This document shows, one piece after another, positions 44,305 to 54,344 of a stretch of 59,567 bases of DNA. This DNA comes from a virus (lineage: Duplodnaviria; Caudoviricetes). Both the position numbers and the translations under genes were made by a program. Positions within the stretch are counted from its first letter, which is position 1; each line of letters begins with the position of its first letter. Under the pieces are notes generated by a model. It searched no databases and had not been told where the DNA came from. It worked only from the letters and a program-made list of their open reading frames with translations. The stretch is taken from positions 1 to 59,567 of IMG/VR virus record IMGVR_UViG_3300027971_000004; one strand, written 5' to 3'.

Positions 44305-45986
44305 TTCCGGCTTCCCATCGGGCCAAGGATCACGCAGGCGTCTTCGGACGCCCGCTCTCGTTTCTTCTTCCTGTCTAAGTAGTCCACCCACCATGGAGTA
44401 GGACCGTAGGTCTTGGGTGGCTTGTGGTACTTCGGCTCATTGGCGCAGAGGTATTCCAACACTTGGCAGGCGTGGACCTCGCCTCGGGTCTGTGGTTCGT
44501 CGGTCACGTAGACCTGGCCGTTGACCGTCGTTGTCTTCTTCCTGTACCGCTTGATTTCCCTGAGGAGGTTCGGACACCCACCCTCTAAAAACTTCAACTT
44601 TGTAGTGCCGTCGCCCTTGATGTGCAGCGCCTGCCTAACGAGAGCCGTGCGGGCCTGGATGTCATCAGACCCCGGAATGAACTGCGTGTTCGTCAACTGG
44701 AAGCGGAACTTGCGCTTCTTGAGTTCCTCGGAGTAAAGCTCATGCGGAAGTCTTCCGGACCCAAGGTCACGCAGCGCACCGCCGTGCATGTCCATGATCC
44801 CGGTGTAGATGTTCTGCTCCAGGGCCTTGGAACAGAACTGCTCTCCCCAGATCAGCGCGTTGCAGTTGCGGATGTACAACTCGTCGTAGATCAGCCAGAA
44901 CTTCTCGTCTGGCGGGATGGCGAGGAAGAGAGTCGCCATGACCGCATGGCCTGGGTCGATCCCCACATAGCGAGTCCAGTCCGATGGGATTCGACCATCA
45001 GGGAGTTCGGACCTCTGCATCATGTGGACTGACGCATTGAAGGTCGGGTACATGAGCGTCGATTCGGTGGTGAACTCACCCTCGGCACGCATGCGGAGTT
45101 CATCCATTCCGAGAGCCGACCACCGTTCGATGTTCTTCTTCTTTTCTTCCGGGTCGATGTGGTCGTTGTCCAGGAATCGAAGGACGAACTTCTTGATGAG
45201 CGGAACTTCCTGGCCCAGCTCCTCGGCCTTATCGGCTCGCTCGCACAATCCAAGGAGCGCGTCGTTCTTGCTCCACGGCATGGCCGACCAGACAAACCGG
45301 CCCTTGCGGTCAGACAAGCGAGCCTGCATTTCGCCCACCCAACGCTCGTTATTAATGTCCTCGTCTATATGTACAAGGTCGGCTTGAAAGCCTTGCGGCG
45401 GTTCCCCCTCAGACGAGAAACAGTAAATGGTCCAGCCGTTGTTGAGTTCAGCCTTGTTGAGGTAGCCAGCGTTCTTCTGCACCCAGGACATGTCTTTGAT
45501 CAGCCGGGGCGGAATCAATGGCGGAGCGGGCTTGGAGTCCTTTTGACGAGGGGCATCGGTCCCGGGATTGAAGGCCCTCCACTTGCCCGTGTCCTGATCT
45601 TTTATGATGCGAAATGCCCCGGCCTTAAACAGCATGGGATAGACCACCATGCCGATGTGCTGCCAGTTCTTCCCGATGATCACAAGGTTGCCGCCCTCCC
45701 TGGGATACTTCCCGTGAGGGTCTTGGCCAGTGGCGGCGCGAGCATCCTCAACGAATGAACACGCACTCTTGCCTGACCGATTGCCGCCGATCACCAATCG
45801 CTCCGATGACATGCACTTGTGGAAGTCATCTTGCTTAGGCATCGGCACGTACAGACGCAACGCCTCAAGGCGACGTTCGGACAGTTCGGCTTGAACGTCC
45901 TTCATCTGCCCAAGAGCGTGCTGCGTCAGCCCGCCGATTGGGCCTTCAACTGGGGGTGGCGGTGAAATCTTGGGGTGCTTTTTCAT
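44301..45986 (-). CDS. terL: Terminase large subunit
   Basis: GGNRSGKS (Walker A), VHIDE (Walker B), GIDPG nuclease motif. Confidence 0.93.
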   Translation of the reverse strand: MKKHPKISPPPPVEGPIGGLTQHALGQMKDVQAELSERRLEALRLYVPMPKQDDFHKCMSSERLVIGGNRSGKSACSFVEDARAATGQDPHGKYPREGGNLVIIGKNWQHIGMVVYPMLFKAGAFRIIKDQDTGKWRAFNPGTDAPRQKDSKPAPPLIPPRLIKDMSWVQKNAGYLNKAELNNGWTIYCFSSEGEPPQGFQADLVHIDEDINNERWVGEMQARLSDRKGRFVWSAMPWSKNDALLGLCERADKAEELGQEVPLIKKFVLRFLDNDHIDPEEKKKNIERWSALGMDELRMRAEGEFTTESTLMYPTFNASVHMMQRSELPDGRIPSDWTRYVGIDPGHAVMATLFLAIPPDEKFWLIYDELYIRNCNALIWGEQFCSKALEQNIYTGIMDMHGGALRDLGSGRLPHELYSEELKKRKFRFQLTNTQFIPGSDDIQARTALVRQALHIKGDGTTKLKFLEGGCPNLLREIKRYRKKTTTVNGQVYVTDEPQTRGEVHACQVLEYLCANEPKYHKPPKTYGPTPWWVDYLDRKKKRERASEDACVILGPMGSRK

Positions 45987-46128
45987 ACTCGCCGCAGCCG
46001 TCAGCTGCCGTCACCACTGGGTACGCACATGTCTCTTGGTCCACCCACCTCGGCGGATACCGGCGGCACTGCGCCCACGGCCCCGCCTCCGCGATCAGTT
46101 TGAACCAACGGCAGGTTTCGCACTTCAT
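45946..46128 (-). CDS. Small four-Cys protein overlapping terS and terL
   Basis: CETCRWF...CRRYPP...YP....GCGE recurrent phage motif. Confidence 0.6.
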   Translation of the reverse strand: MKCETCRWFKLIAEAGPWAQCRRYPPRWVDQETCAYPVVTAADGCGEYEKAPQDFTATPS

Positions 46129-46624
46129 CTACTATCTCCACTTTCTTGAGACTCATCGCCGCCTCCAGAACCTGTCTCCGGAGTTCGGCTTCCAGTTCTT
46201 CTTCACTCATCAGCTCAAGCGGCTTCTTGGCACCACCCATGGCCGTATTCCCTACGACCAGTCGGACAACCGAGTCCAACATCTTGGTCCTAAACGCACC
46301 GCCCACGGGAGCGTCGTAAAATTGTTTCATATAGGCGTTAGCGAACCCGCGGACTCCGCCGAAGTACTCCATGAGTACCTCCAGCAACTCCGAGGAGTGC
46401 GGAATGTTCGCCCCACCAATCCTCGCAGCGGCTGTGAAGAGATCGACTGCACCCTTCTCAATCTCTTCTAACTTCTTGTTCCGCTTCTTCTTCCTGGCGC
46501 CACGCTCGCCCTTGTTGCGGCACTTCCTGCACTTGGCATGGAAGCCGTCCTTGGACTTGTGGAAGTTCGCCGTGGTGGCGGGATAGGAAGTCCCGCACTC
46601 AATGCAAGCCTTGTAGTCAGACAC
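46001..46624 (-). CDS. Probable terminase small subunit with N-terminal Zn finger
   Basis: Directly upstream of terL; MSEEELEAEL tail motif. Confidence 0.6.
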   Translation of the reverse strand: MSDYKACIECGTSYPATTANFHKSKDGFHAKCRKCRNKGERGARKKKRNKKLEEIEKGAVDLFTAAARIGGANIPHSSELLEVLMEYFGGVRGFANAYMKQFYDAPVGGAFRTKMLDSVVRLVVGNTAMGGAKKPLELMSEEELEAELRRQVLEAAMSLKKVEIVDEVRNLPLVQTDRGGGAVGAVPPVSAEVGGPRDMCVPSGDGS

Positions 46625-47498
46625 TCGCCGGCAATCGCCTCATAATTTCAGCGGGAGCCTTGAGGTCCACCAGCTTGACGTTCATGTCCACGTTAGCCTC
46701 AAAGGACTGCCGCATCTTCTGGGCAATCTGGCTGGCGTCGATGAACTGCGGCTTGCCGACGCACTTGGGCTTCCAGTGACCGGCCCACGCATCCCAGTTG
46801 CAGTAGACCGGGTTGTAGCCCAGCTTCTGAGTGCCGACGAGGGAAATGTCCCGAGTGTTCGTCACATCCTCGGTGGATGATTTCTCGGCACAATACTTGT
46901 CTTTCCACTCATAAAAGAACCACGGCTTGTCTTCTGCCGTCTTTGGTTCCGTAAGTTCAAACGCCCGCATGTCGTACATGATCAGGCCGGTCGGGAGCGC
47001 GGCGCACTCTTGGATGCCAGCCAGCTTCACGGCAGTGTGCCGGTCGTACATCTCAAGCTGGAAGTCCGGGTTGGGATTCTCGGACTGCATGTGCTGCCAC
47101 CGGAACACGTAGACGCACTCCACAGGCGGAGGACCGCAGTAGGGCGCACCAATGACGCATGGACCCTTGGCGTAGTGGTCCACCAAGAAGTCGAAGGACG
47201 AGTTGAAGAACGGCTTCACGCCCTCTTGGCCCATGAGGATGTCGGGCTTCATGTCCGAGTCCACCATCACCAGAACGTCAACTTCGTTCTGACGAGCCAT
47301 GAGTACGGCCCGGTTGCGAGTCATAGTGATCGGAGTGTCGGCCAGGTTCCAGACGCGGATAGTTCCAATCCGTTCGTCCTGGGAAGCGTTGGCTACAAGC
47401 GGCACCATCCACTCTCGGATGTCAGGAACCTCAGAGGAGATTCCGCCGTTGCCGCCGTAAGAGAAAGTGCAGATACCTACGTTGAACTTTTGCTGCAT
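46617..47498 (-). CDS. GT-A fold glycosyltransferase
   Basis: ITMTRN, LVMVDSDM (DxD), PTGLIM, PWF, TED, GHWK. Confidence 0.8.
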   Translation of the reverse strand: MQQKFNVGICTFSYGGNGGISSEVPDIREWMVPLVANASQDERIGTIRVWNLADTPITMTRNRAVLMARQNEVDVLVMVDSDMKPDILMGQEGVKPFFNSSFDFLVDHYAKGPCVIGAPYCGPPPVECVYVFRWQHMQSENPNPDFQLEMYDRHTAVKLAGIQECAALPTGLIMYDMRAFELTEPKTAEDKPWFFYEWKDKYCAEKSSTEDVTNTRDISLVGTQKLGYNPVYCNWDAWAGHWKPKCVGKPQFIDASQIAQKMRQSFEANVDMNVKLVDLKAPAEIMRRLPASV

Positions 47499-47548
47499 AA
47501 AACACCTCGGGGGTTGGTGTACAAGCGTACCCTAAATGGTCGCTATAG

Positions 47549-48220
47549 TCAAGCCTGATACATGGGCTGCTTGGGCCGCGGGAGTGGATCGAAAGCGCGG
47601 CCCCCGAATTGCGTAAGACTGCGGGGGTCAAATGGTTTGGCGAGTTTCGTTGGCCCAGTCCTCTCGCCGTAATTCAAGTAGTAATTCTTCGTCGCCTCGC
47701 TGGCTTGGTTCCACTCGTCATCGTTGACATACCTGGTGTCGTACCAGCCCCCGGCCGTGTCGGCGAATGCGCCTTGGATCGCGCTCGCCCAATCCTTGTT
47801 GGCCAAGCCCTGCGCATTGGCTCGCTGGTAAGCCCCAACCGCGAGGTCAGAACTCATTCCGGCCCCGCCGTAGCCACTAACGTGATTCAAAAAATTTGGA
47901 GACTTGTAGTACTCTGCAGTACCCGGTTCGGGATTATGTGCCTTCATAACCTCGCCAGACGCTCTCGCGGCGTTGGGGTCGAACCCGTTGCCGTTGACCA
48001 TTGTGTTGGGGTTAAAGAAATTCTGACTGTAAACCTTGGTCTGCGGCCGTGGGGCGGCTGGCTTCGGGGCCGGTTGCGGCGCGGGCTTTGGTGCGTAGGC
48101 CGAGAACGATGACCCGTACGGAGTTCCGCGGCCTGACGCAGGAACAGGGTTAGCCTGCCCCGTCTTGTAGGCGGGCTGAGAGAAACCAGAGCTGGATGCT
48201 GGGGCAAATGTTGAAGGCAT
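47549..48220 (-). CDS. Pro-rich hypothetical protein
   Basis: APKPAPQPAPKP; shares a GTPYG motif with the upstream gene. Confidence 0.7.
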   Translation of the reverse strand: MPSTFAPASSSGFSQPAYKTGQANPVPASGRGTPYGSSFSAYAPKPAPQPAPKPAAPRPQTKVYSQNFFNPNTMVNGNGFDPNAARASGEVMKAHNPEPGTAEYYKSPNFLNHVSGYGGAGMSSDLAVGAYQRANAQGLANKDWASAIQGAFADTAGGWYDTRYVNDDEWNQASEATKNYYLNYGERTGPTKLAKPFDPRSLTQFGGRAFDPLPRPKQPMYQA

Positions 48221-48245
48221 TGCTTTGCTTTCTGTCAGTCAAGCG

Positions 48246-49991
48246 TTACGAGCGGACCTGCCACGGGCGGTTGGTAAACGTCGGCTGGCTAACTTGTGGT
48301 GCGGGCGTAGCGTTCCTGTCTTTATACCTCTGCCATATGTCTGCCTCAGTGGTCCCCGGAGGCAGGGTTGGCGCTTGGCCGTATGGCATTCCCTTCGACG
48401 GAGGCTGAATAGATTGCGCCTTGCCTACCGGCGACTGCTTGGATGTGGCGTCGTTGTATACGTTTGAATTTGCTTGGCCATAGTCAGGACCTCTGGTCGG
48501 CTCCAGCATTTGCATGTCCCAGGCGTGGCCGTTCCTAAACGAGTAGCCGGGAACTATCGGGTCGCCAGCCGTCAGTCGGCCAGCCCCCGGCAACTCCCAC
48601 CATGGACTGCCCACAGGCCCGTCGTAAGGCTTGAATGTGTTTGGCAAGCTGGTAGCAAGTTGGCCATACGGAGTCCCCTGCGGCTGCGGCTGAATGGACT
48701 GCGCCTTGCCTGCGGGAGACTGCTTGGCCGCATAACGACTCATGGCGTCGTTGAAGTACTGGTCCTTGCCCTCCGCTGCTGACTTGCCTGTCTTCTTGGA
48801 CATCCAATCGTCTGCTGGCGCGACGTTTTGCTGCGATGCCGACGCATAGATCAGATTCTTTAGCCGGTCGCCGTACGCCTTCCTCTGCAATGGGTCACCG
48901 TACTGGTACTCGTTGTATAGCTGATAGCCAGCGGGCGAGTTCAGCACTTGGCCAACCGCATTGTCCAGCCCCGTCTTCACATAGTCATCGTATGTGGCGG
49001 CGGGGTTCTCGTACCTGCCTGCGGCTTTGTTCTGGAGGAACTGAGAGCGATTTGCGTCTATGCCGGTACGTGGCGGCGTGTAAGTCGAAGGTGCGGGACG
49101 GTCGGTCACGGGTGGGCCGTAAGGATTCGCCGGCCCGCTCGGCGGTGGTGTCGGAGTGCCTACGGCGCTGACGGGAGAGTAGGTGGGCGGCGTGTATGGC
49201 GCCTGCGCGACTGACGGCGAACCCTGCTGCTGCGGCTGGTAGTACCCCTGCTGGTTGGCGTAGTTTCCGTACGCTTGGTTTTGATAAGCCTGTGAGGTTC
49301 CGGGAGCGAAGGACATAGTGCCCTGGAACTGCTGGCCCTGCTGGTTTACGAATGGCTGATACGGAGTGACCTGCGGCTGTGCGAATGTGAACGGATCGCC
49401 CTGACCGCCAAAGGCTTGGTTTAAACGCTGGATCATGCTGTCGCCGTAGTTGGGCGCCATGGACGGGGCACCACCACCAAGACCAGCCTGCTGCATGGCC
49501 TGCTGGTAGTCCAGTCCGGGAGTCATTCCCGCGGTCGGGTCGGTCATGCCGCCAGAGTTGAATGCAACCTGATTCTGCATCCGCTGCTGGTTGAGCTGGT
49601 TGATGAACGCATCCCGCTCAACGAACGGGTCCATGCTCTGGCCCCACGGGGTCTGAGCGGCTCCCATCTGGAACGGAGCTGGGCGCTGGCTTGCGGGCGC
49701 AGTAACGTAAGACCCCTGCGGGTCGCCAGTGACAGTCTGGCTTGCCGGGCGCAGCGTCGGCTTGCTTGGCTGCGAGTACGCCTGATACGGCGTGCCCTGC
49801 GACTGCGGCGGGATCGACTGAGCTTGCCCCTGTTGGGCGTAGGATTGGTAAGGAGTGCCTTGGGTCTTTGGGGCGCTGCTAGGTTTCGCTTGCGGAGGGT
49901 ATGCGTTCGCAGGCCCGAAGGATGGCTGAAACGCCGAGGCGATGTCCAGTTGAGGGCCGCGGGCGTACGGATTAGCGAACGAAGAAGCCAT
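48246..49991 (-). CDS. Gln/Pro/Tyr-rich low-complexity protein
   Basis: 581 aa; repeated AQSI.P...G.PY; AGGAGG RBS. Confidence 0.75.
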   Translation of the reverse strand: MASSFANPYARGPQLDIASAFQPSFGPANAYPPQAKPSSAPKTQGTPYQSYAQQGQAQSIPPQSQGTPYQAYSQPSKPTLRPASQTVTGDPQGSYVTAPASQRPAPFQMGAAQTPWGQSMDPFVERDAFINQLNQQRMQNQVAFNSGGMTDPTAGMTPGLDYQQAMQQAGLGGGAPSMAPNYGDSMIQRLNQAFGGQGDPFTFAQPQVTPYQPFVNQQGQQFQGTMSFAPGTSQAYQNQAYGNYANQQGYYQPQQQGSPSVAQAPYTPPTYSPVSAVGTPTPPPSGPANPYGPPVTDRPAPSTYTPPRTGIDANRSQFLQNKAAGRYENPAATYDDYVKTGLDNAVGQVLNSPAGYQLYNEYQYGDPLQRKAYGDRLKNLIYASASQQNVAPADDWMSKKTGKSAAEGKDQYFNDAMSRYAAKQSPAGKAQSIQPQPQGTPYGQLATSLPNTFKPYDGPVGSPWWELPGAGRLTAGDPIVPGYSFRNGHAWDMQMLEPTRGPDYGQANSNVYNDATSKQSPVGKAQSIQPPSKGMPYGQAPTLPPGTTEADIWQRYKDRNATPAPQVSQPTFTNRPWQVRS

Positions 49992-50161
49992 CAGACATCC
50001 TCCTGCTTTGCGGAATCAGTCCCCATGCCCGACCCTTGCAGCATTCGCAGCTTGGCCATGTCTGCGTACGGATTCTCTTGCCGAGCCTCGGCAATGAGTT
50101 GACGCAGGAAGTCCAGGTTCTGGACGGCTGGATCGCTCATAAGAAGAAGTAGTTCGTCCAT
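49991..50161 (-). CDS. Hypothetical 56-aa protein
   Basis: MDELLLLMSDPAVQNLDFLRQLIAEARQ...; TGATG coupling. Confidence 0.55.
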   Translation of the reverse strand: MDELLLLMSDPAVQNLDFLRQLIAEARQENPYADMAKLRMLQGSGMGTDSAKQEDV

Positions 50162-50203
50162 TTAAAAGAAAACAGCCGGCCGGCTTGCGCCTGCACCGGC
50201 TGT
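50162..50203 (-). terminator. Intrinsic terminator after capsid genes
   Basis: ACAGCCGG/CCGGCTGT stem, inner GGC-GCAA-GCC, then TTTCTTTT. Confidence 0.75.
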
Positions 50204-50229
50204 CCCCCGAAAGCCCATAAGGGCAATAC

Positions 50230-50460
50230 TCAAGTCCCGACCAAGCCGTAGTTCTGCAGCGCAACCTTGAGGCTGGCGTAGTCAGTCACGGCAGCGCTTG
50301 TGGCTCGCGTGGAGCCAGTGGCGCCGAAGAATCCGATGACGGCCGTGGAGGCACCAATCGTCAATCCGGTTGAGCTGCCGCTAAGGTGCTGCAGTTCGTC
50401 CCAGATCGTATTGGCGAGCTGCTGGTTGGCCAGCCCGATGATCAACTGGTTTCTGCTCAT
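50230..50460 (-). CDS. Small capsid-associated protein
   Basis: IGFFGATG...ALQNYGL; GAGG RBS. Confidence 0.65.
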   Translation of the reverse strand: MSRNQLIIGLANQQLANTIWDELQHLSGSSTGLTIGASTAVIGFFGATGSTRATSAAVTDYASLKVALQNYGLVGT

Positions 50461-50468
50461 CAGTTACC

Positions 50469-51110
50469 TCACGCGATGGGAGTGGTGATCAACGCCAGAA
50501 CCGACGAGCCGTCAGAAGTAGTACCAGCCGAGATGGCGTAGCCGATGACGCCACGGCCATTGTCGTTCGCCTGCCCGGTGGTGGAGCCGGTAAGCGCGCT
50601 GGGCGTGGCCCGGCCGGCAGTGGTGCCCGTCGATGCCGCGGCGGTGATCGCAGCGAGGCGGGTGCCTGCCGTGATCGCCGTACCCGAGAGAGCCGCCGAC
50701 ACTTCCGTGGGGCCGTTGACGGTCACCCAGAAGATGTCGTTGATAGCCACGCCGGCCGATGGCAGCCACTCATCGACCACGCCAATCCGCTCCTCGTTGA
50801 GGGAGGCCGAGTAGCCGTTCACTTCCGTGAACAACTTGCCGGCAGCGGTGCTGAACGCGACAACTCGCTTCGGAGCCAAGGCGATGGTCGCCGTGTTCTT
50901 TACAGCAATGCAAACCTTGCGCCGATTGCTGCGAACCTGGCCCGTGATGGGATTCACATCAGTGAACTCCTTCACAACGCCAACGAAGTTGTCGCCGTAT
51001 GAGGCACTGGACTGAATGCCGTGGTAGCTGTCGTTCTTGATCGACTCACCCGAGCCAAGCGAGAACCAAGTCTGACCAAGACCGAATGGAGGATCAACCT
51101 GCAGACCCAT
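50469..51110 (-). CDS. Capsid decoration/cement protein
   Basis: Follows the MCP; GVVDE...DIFWV..GP. Confidence 0.65.
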   Translation of the reverse strand: MGLQVDPPFGLGQTWFSLGSGESIKNDSYHGIQSSASYGDNFVGVVKEFTDVNPITGQVRSNRRKVCIAVKNTATIALAPKRVVAFSTAAGKLFTEVNGYSASLNEERIGVVDEWLPSAGVAINDIFWVTVNGPTEVSAALSGTAITAGTRLAAITAAASTGTTAGRATPSALTGSTTGQANDNGRGVIGYAISAGTTSDGSSVLALITTPIA

Positions 51111-51127
51111 AGTAATCTATTCCTTTC

Positions 51128-52261
51128 TCAGGAGGCGATGATCTTGAAGAAGTTACGCGGCGACTTGAACTTGAGGTTGCCGAGCGTTGACACCACGTAG
51201 CGATATTGCTGCGTAATTTCGTCGTAAAAAGGTCCCTCGCTGTTCATCAGCTGACCTTCCATGCACAGCAGCTCCATGTTGCCGATGCACAGGCCGTAGC
51301 CCGAGTTGGCAGTGGTGGAGACGGCACCAATCGAATTCTCCTGCGAGATTTCGACCCCGTCCAGCTCAAACACATCCGTGAAGCCATAGCTGCGGAGGCC
51401 GTTCGCACGGGAGACGATTACTCGCTCCTTGGCGTCCAGCGTGTTCAGCATGTCGATGTAGAGCCGGCGATCAAGCAGGACCATGTCAATCTGGTCTTCC
51501 TTGGTGTCGTTGCGACGGGTCTGATGCAAACCCTCGCGGATTGCCTTGACGCAGTTGTCCTTCCACGTAGTCGAACCGAAGTACGAAGACGTTGCGTTCA
51601 CAATCACAGGCGTAAAGAAGTCGAACTCCGGATCGGCATAGCCGTTGGGCCAGTTGCCGGCCCGCTGCGAACCGCCGTACGCACCGAGGACGGTCGAAAG
51701 ACCGGCGTAGGTGTCGTTGGGATAGTAGAACGGGTCAAGGGCGCTGACCGACCCACGCGCGGCAGGCGAAGTGCCCGAATCGACCTGGAGCGTCTGGGTC
51801 GCGCCCATGAAGCTCTCAATGCCGTGGAACCGCAGCTCGTTACCCGCGAGGTATCCATCTTGCAGCCACTCACGCGCGAGGTACTGTTCCATGCTCGTCA
51901 GGAGACGGCTGGCCATCTTACCGGCGACGTTTACAAGAGCCTGAGCGGAGCGGTTCTCCAGCATCTCTTTCTTGTAAATAGCGTCTGTCACTTGTGCACC
52001 ACGGTACTCAAGCTCGGCTCGCTTCCAGAGGTTCTGGCGTGCGAACGTACGCGGAGTTTCTCCGTTATTGCCGCTTGGAGTATGATTTCTGTACTGGATT
52101 TCCCAGTCGAAACCCCTTCCTGACATGTTAGTACGGATGTTACCCGACCCCTCAAGGGCGGCGAACACTTTGTACTTCCGCAACGACGCAATTTCTTCAA
52201 CCGCCAAATGGTTGACAATTGTCGTTGCAATACTGCGTGCCCAGTCAGTCGAACTACTCAT
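51128..52261 (-). CDS. Major capsid protein
   Basis: 377 aa after the scaffold gene; pattern (FHGIES, YGF...DGVEI, GNL...PR) typical of HK97-fold podoviral MCPs. Confidence 0.85.
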   Translation of the reverse strand: MSSSTDWARSIATTIVNHLAVEEIASLRKYKVFAALEGSGNIRTNMSGRGFDWEIQYRNHTPSGNNGETPRTFARQNLWKRAELEYRGAQVTDAIYKKEMLENRSAQALVNVAGKMASRLLTSMEQYLAREWLQDGYLAGNELRFHGIESFMGATQTLQVDSGTSPAARGSVSALDPFYYPNDTYAGLSTVLGAYGGSQRAGNWPNGYADPEFDFFTPVIVNATSSYFGSTTWKDNCVKAIREGLHQTRRNDTKEDQIDMVLLDRRLYIDMLNTLDAKERVIVSRANGLRSYGFTDVFELDGVEISQENSIGAVSTTANSGYGLCIGNMELLCMEGQLMNSEGPFYDEITQQYRYVVSTLGNLKFKSPRNFFKIIAS

Positions 52262-53289
52262 CAGATTACTCCATCGTTAACGAGTTGGCCGCGAAGCCGA
52301 TCTTCAAAAGACATCCGCTGGCGAGGTGCCCGCGGCTCTGTGGTTCCTGCACTGCGATTCGGGGTACGGGTTGCGCGTTCCCGGAGGAACTGCATGTTCT
52401 GTTGGGCCACCGGGTCGGCCTGCGGCTGAGGCTGCGGCGCGTACTGCGGGGCGTACTGCGGTGGAGCCGACTGCATCTGCTGGTAGCGGATGTTCAGAAG
52501 GTCGCGCTGCAGCATGCCAGTTGCGTACTTCCAGCGGGCCTCGGGCGAGGTAATCCCGATCTCGGAAGCCTGCTGGATGTACGCCTGGATCGCCTGCCCC
52601 TCGCGGGAGATGTTTCCAGTTTGGTCGTAGAGCCAGTCAGCGTTCTGTCGCTCAAGGTCCGAAACGTAGTTGGTGGCCTGGTACTGGTTGAGCTGCTGCT
52701 GCACCAGTTCCTGAGCCTTCTGCATTGCGACCTGCTCAACGAACGGCTTGAGCGTGTTTTCGGGGTCCGTGACGAACTTGCGAGCGAAGTCGGCCGTGTA
52801 CGCCTGATACTCACGCAGGGCCTGCTGGGCCTCATACGGAGCGGACGGGTCAATGACTTCCTTGCCCGTGGACGGGTCGCGGACGATGTAACCCTTCCAG
52901 GTATCTTTGACCTGGGGCGGCGACCACCACTTGGGGGATTCTTCGGCCTTCGGCTTCGACGCTTCTGCCTGCGAGCGCCGCCACGCCTCAAACTCCTTCT
53001 GGTTGCGAAGGTAGTCCATTCCGGCGGGCACAATCGTTTGGTACTGCTGAAGCTGCTGGGTGGCGTTCTGGTATCCGTTGAACGCCCTGTAGAGGTTCTG
53101 GGCAATCGCCAGATCGTCCTGGCCTTGGAACTCGGGAAGATGGCGGAAGGCTTCGTAGGGAGACGAAAAGCCTTCACTGGCCCGCGACTCTGACTGATAT
53201 CCAGAGGCCGGCGAGGCATCCGCTGGCGACGATGGCGCCTCGGCTACGGCTGCGGACTGATCTGATGGTTCGTTGTATTCGTCTGACAT
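52261..53289 (-). CDS. Capsid scaffolding protein
   Basis: Acidic N-terminus, Q-rich helices, directly before the MCP. Confidence 0.75.
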   Translation of the reverse strand: MSDEYNEPSDQSAAVAEAPSSPADASPASGYQSESRASEGFSSPYEAFRHLPEFQGQDDLAIAQNLYRAFNGYQNATQQLQQYQTIVPAGMDYLRNQKEFEAWRRSQAEASKPKAEESPKWWSPPQVKDTWKGYIVRDPSTGKEVIDPSAPYEAQQALREYQAYTADFARKFVTDPENTLKPFVEQVAMQKAQELVQQQLNQYQATNYVSDLERQNADWLYDQTGNISREGQAIQAYIQQASEIGITSPEARWKYATGMLQRDLLNIRYQQMQSAPPQYAPQYAPQPQPQADPVAQQNMQFLRERATRTPNRSAGTTEPRAPRQRMSFEDRLRGQLVNDGVI

Positions 53290-53321
53290 GTGTCTGCATT
53301 GCCTTCGGGGGGAAAGGACTC

Positions 53322-53337
53322 TGCATGACTAGTGGCC
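53322..53337 (-). promoter_or_regulatory. Degenerate late-promoter motif
   Basis: GGCCACTAGTCATGCA in the gap before the scaffold gene. Confidence 0.4.
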
Positions 53338-53447
53338 GACGAATCGACGTTTTGTTCCAGGTAAGGCTGATTTCGGTAGTCGATGAATTCTGTGCGACTC
53401 AAGTAATCGCATAGCCGAGTCAAAATCTCCGGACTTTCGCCGCAGAT

Positions 53448-54311
53448 TTAGTTCCCGCAGTATCCTTCGCACTCGTCTTGGAAACCAGCGAAAAGACTTT
53501 TCTGCCCGCTCTTTTCGTCGGCGGGCCGTAGATCGACTTCATCCAGCGGAACGCACGCCTTGTGCAAGTATCGGTGAGCGTCCAGCCCGGTGCCGGTGCG
53601 ACACACCTTGTCGATATGGACGGCCCGGTCCCAGCCCTTGGGATCGTCGGTCTTTAGCCGACGCCACTCGGCGTCTGACTTGAACGGGCAGAACACGCAC
53701 GCAGACCGCGGAACCTCGTACGGCAGTCGCTCCCGCAAGTACGCCATGCAATCACCGCGAGTCATTTGCATATCCCACAACGGAAAGTGGACCTTCCAGT
53801 TAGAGGGCTTGGCAAGAAACCGCTGCTTTACTCTGATGACACGCTTTGGCTCATCAAAAGACAAGCCCATGTATTGATGAACAACAACGTCCTTGCTAAC
53901 GGGCCTTCCTGGCTGCGCTCCGACATGCTGCCGAATCAGTCGCTCAATCGGCCTGACCTTAAAATCAGCTGTGCATTGCCGCTGAATGATGCCCTTGTCG
54001 CCGGTCTGCGGATTCAACGTGTAGGCCGGAATGGAAATGAAGTGCCCGCCATCTGTTCGCTGATTTCCGTTTACGTCTGCTCCGCGATCTAAGGCGTCTC
54101 CAAGCCTTCCTGCCGTTGTGATGATGATGGGCGGCCCGCCAAGCGTCTTGAGATAGTCAAGGTGCTTGTAGACCTCATCTGGCTCTTCTTGAACGTCGGC
54201 AAAAATCGCGGCATCAAACTTCGGCACCTCTGGCTCGTCGCCATCGATGCTCATCAGGTAGAGGGCCGTTGACTGCACGCCGGCGCCAAGATTTAGAAAG
54301 TGGTGTTCCAT
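53448..54311 (-). CDS. PAPS-reductase/PP-loop family protein
   Basis: LGAGVQST, FAD, RQCT..FK, SACVFCPF, terminal ECEGYCG. Confidence 0.8.
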   Translation of the reverse strand: MEHHFLNLGAGVQSTALYLMSIDGDEPEVPKFDAAIFADVQEEPDEVYKHLDYLKTLGGPPIIITTAGRLGDALDRGADVNGNQRTDGGHFISIPAYTLNPQTGDKGIIQRQCTADFKVRPIERLIRQHVGAQPGRPVSKDVVVHQYMGLSFDEPKRVIRVKQRFLAKPSNWKVHFPLWDMQMTRGDCMAYLRERLPYEVPRSACVFCPFKSDAEWRRLKTDDPKGWDRAVHIDKVCRTGTGLDAHRYLHKACVPLDEVDLRPADEKSGQKSLFAGFQDECEGYCGN

Positions 54312-54344
54312 GGCGCACAAATGTACACCAAACGTCGCGTTATG

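Noticed and set aside
47516-47532. GTGTACA/GTAC-N4-GTAC as an SOS-like operator (also near 524, 17632, 54322)
   Set aside because: Short, with inconsistent spacing; could be chance without a host motif to compare.
24898-53289. Tape measure, tail tube or sheath genes; alternative genetic code
   Set aside because: None recognised, consistent with a podovirus; the standard code gives dense, uninterrupted ORFs.
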